DNA of 64,000 nucleotides. Origin: Schizochytrium sp. TIO01. Its lineage: Eukaryota > Protista > Bigyra: Labyrinthulomycetes. Below are positions 11,261-22,181 of the stretch, one piece after another. A program made the translations under genes and the position numbers. The stretch covers positions 1,054,001-1,118,000 of the forward strand of contig SMSO01000035.1 in assembly GCA_004764695.1 (NCBI GenBank), in the 5' to 3' direction. Under the pieces are notes generated by a model that saw only the letters and a program-made list of their open reading frames with translations, was not told the DNA's origin and searched no databases. Every line of letters starts with the position of its first letter. The stretch's first letter is position 1.

Positions 11261-13621
11261 CATTCGTTCGTTCATTCATCTGTTCGCGTTGTTGTTTGTG
11301 CATCCATCACTATTGCACGATGACTGATTGATTGACTGATCGATCGATTGATTGTGATTGATTGGTGTATAAAATGAAAAGTTTATTTGTTTTGCACGTT
11401 AATGTTGTTTTGCACGTTTCGCCGACTTACCTTTCCTATTACCCTTCTCTTACTCTGTGCTCTTCTGACGTTGCAGGGACCTACTCGCAAGGTTCAATTT
11501 CAAGTCGAATGCTGCAAATGCTGAGCTTAAGGATAGAAACACCTGAAGGTCAGAAAACTTATCGTAGGGTGTGTCGAAGGTGAGGGCGGTGATACAACTA
11601 GGACCTTGATTTGAGTGCTAGTTATTAGGCATACTACTCTCGTATGAGACAGAACGGGGATGTTCTTGAGATAAGATATACACCCTGCAATACCGAATGC
11701 AAGTAAACTCTGGAATTGAGGCTTCACGTTATCTCGAATGGAGGAAAAAGAGACACATAGATTTAATCAAATACAATCACAATTGCTCCCGCGATCAGTT
11801 CTCAAGTTAAGTGATACAGGGGCTTCGTAGAAAAGTAAAATATATATAAATTCTTTCTTTTTGTAAATATCCAGGCATTGGGGCTCTCTTTGCTTCAGCC
11901 CTTAAGCGGGGAGTGCACAGTCTGGGCTTGGGGAGCTAATCAAGACTGAAAGCCCTGCCACAGATTCTTCGCGAATTCTTCGAACCATATTCCCGCGGAA
12001 AGACGCTATAAAAGCCATGGTATAATCTGTTGCACTTTCAAGTCATCGCGTGTACTTCTTCTTCCTGATAATCTTCAGCATGTCATCCCTGTTTCCTCTT
12101 ATTTCTTTCCCAAAACGGCTACACAAACGTCGATGCCATTTAATGCAACGGGATACAGCCTTCGAGACATTGCAGGGAACACCAAATTTGTACAAGTCTC
12201 CAAAAAAGTAAATGAATTGGTCACGCTGCAGCACCCAAGGCAATCCCGAATCGAGCATGGTGACTGCACAGGGAGCATTGAAATCTTGGAGCAATTTCCA
12301 CTGGTCTCTCCTTCAACTGAGGAGCGCTGATTTTATTCTCAGCCGGCTCAAGCTCATGTCCATGAGAATCGCCAGATCTCATCCAGTGACTTTCTACCCA
12401 ACTTGTCACGCGTTCTCTCGTTCCCTCAGCCTTGCATTTGCAAGGGCGTCGGCCTGAGTATAAATCGCTGGTCTCATGAGCTAGGTGCCTCCACGGCGAT
12501 TCCACGCCTCCGTTCCGTGATGATTCCAGTCTCGATCACTCGTTCACTTGCAGCAAGCACTCAGCGTGCGGGTCGTGGCCGGCACCTCGAGCAGAACCGA
12601 GGCCATGTCCCGAAGTGCTGATGTGCCTCCCGGGAGATATTTCGACGCCCGAGAGGAGTAAAGGCAAGACCGGCCCGGGCAAAGAAAGCTCCAGGTTTCG
12701 ATATGCAGCGTGACACATCGCCGCGTGGAACCTCGCGAGGTTCGTCGAGAGCGTGGCACTCCTCGCAACGAGTGGTTGCATTTGATGAATCAGCAGTTGA
12801 TCTTCATTCATTTCAAACTTCGAATCCAACTTCTTAATTTCTTGCCTCGTCATTATAATTATTGATTATTCTTATTATTCTTAAAACTTATTCATTCAAA
12901 AAGTAGAAAAAGAGTAGCAGAGAAAAAAAGAAAAAGAAGCTGTATAGATTAATTAATCAAATTAAAAAACAAATGTAAAAATTACTTTATTTCTACTATT
13001 TTCTTGTTCGTTCACTTTCAAGTTGAAGATCAATCATCCCCAGCAACTTGAACGCGAACTCCTCCAAATAAAACCTGCTAACTATGGTCCCTTCTCTCGT
13101 GCACCATGTTATAGAAATACACCACGGTACTTTCGCACCTACAGGCCCATACCTGTGTACCTTACACCTGAGCCCGAAAAAGGGCTAAGAAGCATAACGT
13201 AGTGCACCTGGGAAACAAACACAATTTTCTCGCAGTTAGTTTTCACTCACCGCTTCAACAAAGGTTCGCGTTCCATCGCCGTTCTTTTCCCTGTTCTACT
13301 CCTGCCTCGAGATTTTCCGCGTGCGGCGATCGATGCCTTAAATCCTGAGATCGAAGTGCTCGAGACAGCGCCTGGACTGCGCAAGAGAAGCTTGGAGGCT
13401 GCTGCTTGGGGGAGGGGTCTCCGCATGCTGGCGTAAGAGACGGGCCCGCGAGCTGGGCAGCGCCGGCTACCTACCTACCTATCGAGCGGCAGGCAACCTG
13501 CTGCTCTGGCTTTGGGAGCGCGCGCCGCGCGCTTCTTCTGCCTTGTCCCCTTTAAGGGAAAAAAAGAAAGAAGTTTTATATAGTTTTTATTTTATTTGTT
13601 AAAATGAAAGCTTTTAAAGTA

Positions 13622-13656
<35 letters not shown>
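13622..13656. repeat. (TAAC)n microsatellite
   Basis: taactaactaac... about 8.75 perfect units. Confidence 0.9.
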
Positions 13657-14819
13657 AGACCTGCTCTCTGCTAGTCTAGCACTGTCTACGTGGAACGCTT
13701 AGTTTTAGTAAACATTCGTGATTTCATTATTTTGTGAATCAAAATATTATTGTTGAATTTCTATCTATTCATATATATTATGAACGACCAATGGGAAGCG
13801 ATTTATAGATGCAAGTGGATGCATATGCATGCATGAGCGAATGTGTGGAGATCGTGCGCTATCATAACTTGGACGTTGTTTTTAACGCTCGGCGGCTTCC
13901 AATTGAGTGCCTTTCCATGAGTTCAACATACTACCTATACCTACTTACCACTATTGCTTTCGTGGGTTTGGAAAGAGGGGCGACTGAAAGCTATCTCCTC
14001 TGAATCCCTCATCACCGGTATTTATTTATAGAGAGATCACTTCTTACCTGATCATGACTGATTTCTTATACAAGTTGGCATTTATGATTTCTTTCCATTG
14101 ACCAACGAATCAGCGGTGATTGAGTGACTTTTGAAGAAGGATCGTCGTCGTTCGCGACGTGGGCGGCCGCTGCTGTCCAGAGCTTGGGAACGCGTGCCTT
14201 ATAGGCTGCTACGCTCGGGGTATCTGCTGATGATTTCGTGTGTACAGATGCAGTCTTCAGCATCATCATCATCATTATCATCATCATCATCATCCTCAGT
14301 ATCGTTAGGAACATGCAACTGTCCCCGCATTGAAAGGGAAAGCAGGGAGTTGAAAGGGTGTGTACCAACGTCTCCGGCGATCTCCACAAGTTCAACAACG
14401 ATATGGAGGCAGGGAGGGTCCTTCCTCCGCCTACCTAAAGGTATCCTTCCCCGCCGCAGCTCGGTGGAGTCAGCGCAGCTTGAGCTCTTGAGCTTTACCC
14501 TTGTTCGCATACACGCGACGATTAGGCCGCCGGATTCGTGATGCATGGTCGCTATGCGAGATTGATTGATCCTCCTGTGCAAGCGCCGCAAAGGATGATG
14601 ACGTAAAGGGACTCGTCCTTAGTGTCCACTGTCTGTCTGAGGACATGTGATATTGGTACACAGAAGGAGGTGGCTGCAGAAAGGCCAACGCGCTCAAGTC
14701 TTAGCAGCCCAAATGTGCTGGCGAGCGAGAGCAATGGATTGTATATAGAATTACCCTCGATATCTTGAACGCTCTCCGTCGTGCATGGGATTGATTTGCT
14801 CTTTTATGGATGACATGTT

Positions 14820-14927
14820 TTTGTTTGTTTGTTTGTTTGTTTGTTTGTTTGTTTGTTTGTTTGTTTTTTCAATTAGAAATGGCAGCGAGGTTGGGTTGGT
14901 TGGTTGTGTGTGTGTGTGTGTGTGTGT
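14820..14927. repeat. (TTTG)n followed by (GT)n microsatellites
   Basis: (tttg)~11 at 14820-14866 and (tg)~11 at 14905-14927. Confidence 0.9.
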
Positions 14928-15388
14928 TTTTTGGTTGCTGCTTTTCTGTACAGTCGTGCTTCTCTGCATCCACGCAGCCGTTGGCCTCATCGTGGCAAGG
15001 ATTGCAACCGTTGGTGCTCTCACAAGTTGAGCTGGTGACCTTCAGTCGAAGGAAATGTCTCGACTTTTGATGGATGGCCATTCGCAATCAATCGCCTCGG
15101 CAAACACAACAATAATGCGTGTGCACCGTCTGCTCCTGTAGAGGCTTTCGAACTTATAAGTAATGATTAGTTCACCATTTATTATAATTAATTTAACATA
15201 AAAAATATAAAACATTCATAGGAAATCACACTTTGATATCGCAAGAAATAAGAAGCCCTGGAATACGAGCACTTTATGAAAGAGGAACGGAGACGGAACG
15301 AGCTCAGAAAGGGAGTACGGAGAGCTAAACGACGCTTTGCAGACGAGCGCCGTATTCTTTCAAGTTCGGCGTGTGCCTTCTTCTTCCT

Positions 15389-15460
15389 CTTGTTCTTGTT
15401 CTTGTTCTTGTTCTTGTTCTTGTTCTTGTTCTTGTTCTTGTTCTTGTTCTTGTTCTTGTT
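15389..15460. repeat. (CTTGTT)12 hexanucleotide microsatellite
   Basis: 12 perfect units; generates the spurious FLFLFL/SCSCSC ORFs in the track. Confidence 0.92.
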
Positions 15461-15768
15461 CTTCTTTTCGTGGCGAGTCTAAGTTAACCCCTCGAAAATT
15501 GGATTCTCACAATTCACCAAAGCCTTCGCTGTTCTCATACAGAGGCCCTGAAAGTTGTTGACGTTGTCGCTGTCGCTGTCATTGTTGTCATCGTCCTTGT
15601 TGTCGTTGTTTTCGGCGTCATCGTTGTTGTCGTCGTTGTTGTCGTCGTCGTTGGTGTTGAAATGTCGGTGTGCTGTTCCCTCCGCTTCGAGGCGAGAAGA
15701 GGGACTTCAAGCGCAGCACGCGACAGAAAGGCGGCCTATTTCAGATGCCACGCCACGCCTCGCGAGTT

Positions 15769-15804
15769 AGTCAGTCAGTCAGTCAGTCAGTCAGTCAGTC
15801 AGTC
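15769..15804. repeat. (AGTC)9 microsatellite
   Basis: Nine perfect agtc units. Confidence 0.9.
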
Positions 15805-16010
15805 AGACTGACTTGGGCGTGGCTGGAGACGGGAGGAGGCAGGCCAAGGCAGGGAAGGAGGGCTGTCCTTCCGCAATTGCAGGAGCCTCGAGGGTCGAAG
15901 AAGAGCATTCATTCATTCGTTTGCTGTCGGTCTCAAAGCAAAGCTAAGTTCTGAAAGCCATCTTCAGAGACCCATTTATTTGTTTATTTTTTTATTTATT
16001 TATTTATTTA

Positions 16011-16094
16011 TTTAATCTATTTTATCTATTTGTTTGCTTGTTTGTTTGTTTATTTAATCTATTTTATCTATTCGTTTGCTTGTTTGTTTGTTTA
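16011..16094. repeat. 42-bp tandem duplication (2 copies, 1 mismatch)
   Basis: tttaatctattttatctatt[t/c]gtttgcttgtttgtttgttta at 16011-16052 and 16053-16094. Confidence 0.85.
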
Positions 16095-16570
16095 TTTATC
16101 TGCCTAAGAAAGGGAAAGGTTTTAACGTTCTTTAATTTCGATCAGTTTTGTTCAACCTTCCTTTTCCGAGTCTTTTTTTCTGTTCAATTTAGTTAATTTT
16201 GGGGGAAAAAGAAAAAAAGTAAGTAAATAAAGTAGAATTAAAGTTGAAGAAGCATGAACTTTTAAGTTGTTCGCGTGAAAAGCACTGAGATATCACATGA
16301 AATGGATGTATGTAATTACTGACTACGAACTCACGATCGAAGCTCCATCATGGACGGATGGATGGATGGATGGATACTACTCGAAAGGCCTTTGAGCTAG
16401 CTTCTAGCTGATGCAAGAAAGGTGCTCGTGCTTCGCGCTGACCTTCTGCTCTTGGGACTCGGCCCTTCCTGTGGACAGTGGGTTTTGGCGCGAGCTCGAT
16501 CGATCGAAAGAAGCGGCGCATGGGAATGACTGCTCTGAAGACCAAAGAATGAGGGGGAAAGAAGAAAGAT

Positions 16571-16608
<38 letters not shown>
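16571..16608. repeat. (AGAA)n microsatellite next to a minus-strand splice donor
   Basis: (agaa)~9; the minus strand reads CAG|GTAAGTTCTCTTTCTTTC... from 16620. Confidence 0.85.
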
Positions 16609-16609
<1 letters not shown>

Positions 16610-17184
16610 GAACTTACCTGAGCAGTGGAAAAGAAGAACTTTTCAAGAGAGGAAAGGAACAAACCAAGAAACAAAGAAACAAAGAATACAGAAACAAAGA
16701 AAGAAAGTCAGAGATCGGGGACGCTTGCTATCTCAGAGTGGATTCTCACCGCCATCGATCGCCCTTCCATTATCACCCATATATATATGCGGCTTCTGTT
16801 CGCCTGGTTTTAGGTTTGTTCAAGATTGAAAGTTGAGCTCTTTCGTATCTAAGAACCGTGTGAGGGTTCACTATGAATGACAAATGACACTGAGTTCATA
16901 GGGCAACTTGACAAGTGGAGATAAAGGATGTCTGATGTATTGATGTATCGATTGATGTATCGATTGATGCATTGATTGATGCATTTATCTGTTGATTGAT
17001 TGGCTGTTAATCGAGCGGTTGTTGATCGTGAGGTACGATGATCTGAGGGGGCATCCATTTATGATGGGCATTCGTCTGATTGATCATTCGAGGTTGAAGG
17101 CGAGCTTCGCAAGCGAGCCAGTCTGAGCTGGTTTTGGCTCGGATCTTGGATTCTAGTTTCCCTTGTCGATGGTCTGTCTGACTC

Positions 17185-17211
17185 GTTTGTTTGTTTGTTT
17201 GTTTGTTTGTT
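17185..17211. repeat. (TTTG)n microsatellite
   Basis: gtttgtttgtttg... about 6-7 units. Confidence 0.85.
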
Positions 17212-20200
17212 GGTGACTTGTTTGTCTGTGTTGTGCGGAGTCCATTTTTCCTGCCCCGTTGTGCATGCATCATCAGTTGAGTAAAAGGCAGCGCATGGAA
17301 ACGCATCATATGGAGACAAAACAGGTGTACGTAAAGATTAGCAGTGACGTAATGTAGAGAAGGACGTGGATGTGCACGGGAAAAGCTTAAGCTTAAGCTT
17401 GAAGGGCGGAGAAGGGTTGCACACACTGATTGGGATGCACCACTTGAAGGAGGGTCAGCGACAATTTTATGAGGCGGGAGCGTGCAACTTGAAGGGCCCT
17501 AAGTAAGGGCGATGTGTGCATGAAGATCCATAAGGTGTTGTTTTTGAGTGATGGTTCACGAATATGAATCACGATTCAAGGTTCATGATGATGACGGAGC
17601 AATTGGCGTATTGTAGTTCATGCTTTTCTCCTGTTGAGTATTGGACTACTTGCGATTGGGGACTATTTGGGTTGATCGATTTTTATCGTTTAACGTCTTC
17701 AAGATCCTCGATGAGTGGCATGGAGTGAACGGAGAAGAAGAAGAAAAAGAAAAAGAAGAAGAAGAAGAAGCGTTACAAACATGGCCATTGTTTGCAAATT
17801 GCAAACATGACTTAGGAACAACCTAGGTAGTAGGTCCAACTGCGTCAAGATGACTGCTGAGGTCACGAGAAACCCAGGGTAGGTCAAACGTTTTCATATT
17901 TCTAGCTAGGTAGTAGTAATTTGAGTTATCATAGCGGGAAACAGAAAAAAAAAATAAAAATAAAAAAAAAGTGAGAACGCAAAGAAATCACTATTTCTGT
18001 TTGGTTGCAGAATGTGATACAATTAGTAAGAACTAATAAGAACTATGTAAGTGCGTAGGAATTTTCGTAATTAAAGAATAAATAATAAAAGTATATATAT
18101 GTAGGTTAAAATTGAAAAATTGAAATTAGAATTGAAGTTGTTATTTTTATACTAATAAAAAAAAACAATTAAAACTGAAGAAAACAGGGTTTAGAACTCA
18201 ATTTTTAAAGAAAGATCAAGGAGAACTCGCGTACGCGAAGGGATTTATGTGAATCTGGGAGTACCCCGATAGAATTTTACAAATTTGAATAGTGTGTATG
18301 TTAGGCGGTTGAATTCCTAAAATTATATTGATACTTTACTAGGATGAGTTGAGTGGCAAAATAAAAACAGGTTGCTCATAATCACACTTAGCCAAGGTAA
18401 TTTTGGAGCTACCTCTTTTACCTTTTGACGTCAAGAGATCAGAAGGCCTAGATGAGACCATTCAAATATTCGTTGTATGAAGTTCGACAAAATATTTATT
18501 TCAAGGTAGGCACTTTGGTGCAAATGATTCAAATTTGGTTGCCTGAAAGAGAGAGAGAGAAAGAATCGCACAGGGCTTCTTGCTTTTCCTTTATTTCTTA
18601 AGGTGCAATTCCATTTATCTCAGTACACTTATCACAGTATTCATACGTATCTATTAGCGTGTGAAGTATAATGTGTGACGACTGATGATGTTATGTAAAA
18701 GTTGGGCGCAATACGCATTTACTCGTGCAAGCTCATGACTAGGTTTATCGTTTCCTTTTTGAAGTCCACTCTCAATTTCAAGTTCTAATTCCCTTTTTTT
18801 TTTTTTTAATTAAATTAAAAGCTTTAGAAAGACACCTTTAATTCGAAAACTCACTAGGTTGATAGTAGACTACCATGATAACTTGAGAACTACAACTTAC
18901 TTCGATCTTGCGCCTGATCATAAAGTATGGTTGCCATTTGCGACCAGCATATTAAACATAAGTTGACCACGCTTAATTGAAACCCATGGCCTGCCATAGT
19001 GCGATTCTAAAGATTCTTCAGTTAACCTTACTTCTAACTGCAAATGGCCCCCCTACAGTGGTTGGTACTGCTAAGATGCTCTGATATGCATAATACCCTA
19101 CCATCAACCCAACGAAAGCAAGTCAAACAAAATCCCAGAAAGAGATAGGGTACTAGAATATGCGCAAGTTTCTGTGATGTAAGATTTCCTGATGTTGTCT
19201 TTGTCAGTCTCCTGATCGTTCTCGCGATTGCTGTAGTAATCAAGGTCACGAAGAGGTGGACATCTGGGCTGCTTTATTTTAATACATATAGTACTTGCAC
19301 TCATGTAGGTATTCATTCCCATACTTATTTCTTGCTTCGTTTGATCCGTGACTTAATCTTTGTTTTCTACTTACTCATCCCCATCTGAGGCTATGACGGT
19401 ACATATTCAGCCACGCTGATAAATAAAAACTATAGTTGCCTGCGCTGATTTTCTGCCGTCAAAATAAACTACAAAAATGGTAAATTGTAAGTTGTTGAGG
19501 GAGAGCGCTTCGTTCATTCCCCAAAGAAGTGCTGCCTCGAAACGCCATCCATGAAACGCCGTTCAATGGAGAGTCATGTCAAGGTCTTGATGTGGAGTTG
19601 CTCCGGGCCAGGCGTTCGGAGGCAAGTAGAACGAGGCTGCGATGAGCGAGTAAACCTGGCCATGTAAACAGCTGTGAACCCCGATCGGGTCTAGTTGCAG
19701 GAGGGAATATTAGTTTATCAATCCTTCAAATTTGCTGGCAAGCTTTACCTCGATATTTACTCTTCCTCGTCTGTTTAACAACAGTGAATACACTAGTACA
19801 AAATGGGGCATCGAACTCATTTCGCTTCAGATGAGTTGTCTTAAAGAGGGTGCGAACCCTCTGTGCTGGAATTTGGTCACATCAAAGCTCAACGCCAATA
19901 ATATTGATTTCTTCTGTCAAACTAACTTGAGTGAAAACCATAAAGGTCAAGTGGCTCTATTTTATGAAACGCGCAGGCCACGTTGAGAAACAGAAAGGCT
20001 GGAGCCAATGGGACAAACGGTTTCCTCCACGAGAACATACCAATATAGTTCAAGCGACGACCCTCCATTGCACGCCAGCAATCAACTTATTAACTTTTAA
20101 TGTATTAATTGATAGTAGCTGGATTAAAAGGATGCCACGGGTGCTATAACCTTAACAATCTTCTTTGAGCGTCAAAGGAGGAAAACGGAATAGACTAGAA

Positions 20201-20216
20201 TATCCTTTATATGCGA

Positions 20217-20241
<25 letters not shown>
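20217..20241. repeat. (CT)n microsatellite
   Basis: About 12 ct units. Confidence 0.85.
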
Positions 20242-20248
<7 letters not shown>

Positions 20249-20615
20249 AATATTTTTCATTATGAAAATTGAATATCTACCTACCTAGCATAGGAAGAGT
20301 ATTGTTGATATTGTATATGTTGTATATGTTGTTCTAGAAGTATATAGTAGCAATAGTCCATGGTCCAAAGGATCCGTTACATGCTATATCGGGCTACTCA
20401 TCATCCGAGCCCGAACTCCATGCAAAGGTTCAATTGGCAACATTCCACGTATCAAAATACAAATCTATTTAATATTTTGAGGCAGGAGTTGACGATTGTA
20501 GCACGGCAAAAAACGAACTTAAGATCTTGCGAATGAAGGTCTTGCTCCTTTCGGAGCTATTGAAGGAACTTATCTGAAGCAAACAAGGTCAAGTAAATAG
20601 CCCAAGCCAACATAG

Positions 20616-21944
20616 ATGGGAGATTCCACGATTGGACCTGGCCCTGAAGATGACGATTTTGTCAGTTCTGCTATTCTTCGAAAGTATGAACTCACTCAAA
20701 AACTTGGGCACAGTCCTTTCTCTATTGTCTGGAAAGCTATAGATAAGCGCACGCGTACCGCGGTAGCCTTGAAGAAGCTGTACTGTATTTTTGAAGATAG
20801 CAAAAGAGCACAACAGGCATACCGTGAAGTGAGCATCCTAGAGCGCTTGCAAGGCCATGACAATATTGTCCAACTGAGAAATATTTTGTTCGCGAGCGAT
20901 GATGATGATGAAAATGATCTTTTCATGGTCTTTGGAATCTGGGATACCGATTTATTTTCAGTAATTCAAGCAAATATTCTTGAAGACAAACATACCCCTT
21001 ATATAATGAGTCAAATTGTCGACGGGCTTGCCCACATTCACCGGCATGGTTTCGTTCATCGAGATATTAAACCAAGTAATATCCTCATTAATGGACGTTG
21101 CGAAGTGCGTATTTGCGATTTTGGAATGGCAAGAACTCTACCAGATGCATGCCAAATTTTGGCCAAGCAAATGGATAAGGTTAATGATATTCGAGAGGAA
21201 TCAAGTATAATAGATTCCTCCTCCCAAAACCAACTCTCATCTCAGCTTCACCCGGCGAAGGTTAGAGTGGACCCTGATTCGCAGCCACAAACTAAAGATA
21301 TGGACGAAGGCAAGCCGTCAAAAACTAATAAAAATCATTTATCGCAGCCTCCTGTGACGGATTACTTGGGCTCACGTTGGTATCGTTCCCCTGAATCAAT
21401 TCTTGGAGCAATCACTGTCACTACTGCAACTGATATATGGGGGGTTGGATGCATCCTTGGAGAGCTTGTCATGCGACAGCCCCTTTTCCAGGGATCATCA
21501 ACCACTCATCAGTTACGCCTTATTCTTGAAATGACTGGTCTTCCTTCAGAAGAAGAAATTGTAAAAATTAATGCTCCAACAGCAATGGAACAACTAAATC
21601 CTAATATTCTCGGCAAGGTCGAACCGCGAGCTACAAGTGAAATGTTTCCAGTAAGCTCTGGTGAGCTTTTAGACTTTCTTCGCGGATGTCTTCAGTTTGA
21701 ACCGTCTAGAAGAATTTCCTGCAAACAAGCATTGAAGCACCCTTACGTGATCGAGTACTTCCATGAAACATTTGACGATGAGACACATGAAAAACCTGCA
21801 CCACTGGAGCTGGATGAGAACACAAATTACAGATCCAAAGTTTACCTTCGTGCTCTTAGGGAAAATGTGAAATTTCGTACACAAGAAATTCGAAATAAAT
21901 TGGGCAATGCTAATAGGTACGGATACAATATCCCTAACATGTAG
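20616..21944 (+). CDS. Mitogen-activated protein kinase, MAPK15/ERK7-like, atypical (442 aa)
   Basis: ILRKYELTQKLG...IVWKAIDKRT...VALKK, AQQAYREV, TDLFSVIQANILED (ERK7/MAPK15-like), HRDIKPSNIL, CDFGMAR, activation motif TDY followed by RWYRSPE, DIWGVGCILGE. Confidence 0.85.
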   Translation: MGDSTIGPGPEDDDFVSSAILRKYELTQKLGHSPFSIVWKAIDKRTRTAVALKKLYCIFEDSKRAQQAYREVSILERLQGHDNIVQLRNILFASDDDDENDLFMVFGIWDTDLFSVIQANILEDKHTPYIMSQIVDGLAHIHRHGFVHRDIKPSNILINGRCEVRICDFGMARTLPDACQILAKQMDKVNDIREESSIIDSSSQNQLSSQLHPAKVRVDPDSQPQTKDMDEGKPSKTNKNHLSQPPVTDYLGSRWYRSPESILGAITVTTATDIWGVGCILGELVMRQPLFQGSSTTHQLRLILEMTGLPSEEEIVKINAPTAMEQLNPNILGKVEPRATSEMFPVSSGELLDFLRGCLQFEPSRRISCKQALKHPYVIEYFHETFDDETHEKPAPLELDENTNYRSKVYLRALRENVKFRTQEIRNKLGNANRYGYNIPNM

Positions 21945-22181
21945 TTGAAGAGTAAATTTCATTACATCATTATTCGCAACCCCATATTAATTATGTCCGT
22001 ATACGAAGTCAACAATGTTGATCTCACCTGCCTTCGATCAATCTAGCCTTAACGGGAGGAGGAAGTTAAGGACCTCAATGGATACACCTTCCTTTTATAT
22101 TTCAATTTTAATATTTTTATTATTTCATTTTATTTGTTTTTTAAAATTACGATACCACAATTTGCATGTGGAGTAGCTCGC

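Noticed and set aside
14066-14734. Overlapping ORFs including an acidic DDDD tract and RKDPPC
   Set aside because: The acidic run is a (TCA)n repeat and there is no coherent domain; at most a relic or leader exon.
14751-15954. Short ORFs with FLFLFL, SCSCSC, TNKQ and SQSV repeats
   Set aside because: Translations of microsatellites.
16609-16630. ACTTACCTG resembling the U1 snRNA 5' end (similar CTTACCTG at 14043)
   Set aside because: No U1 stem-loops or Sm site follow; better explained as the reverse complement of a splice donor.
9850-17250. Repeat-rich region as a CRISPR-like array or intact transposon
   Set aside because: Repeats are 2-8-bp SSRs or short local duplications, without repeat-spacer periodicity, TIRs/LTRs, or transposase/RT coding.
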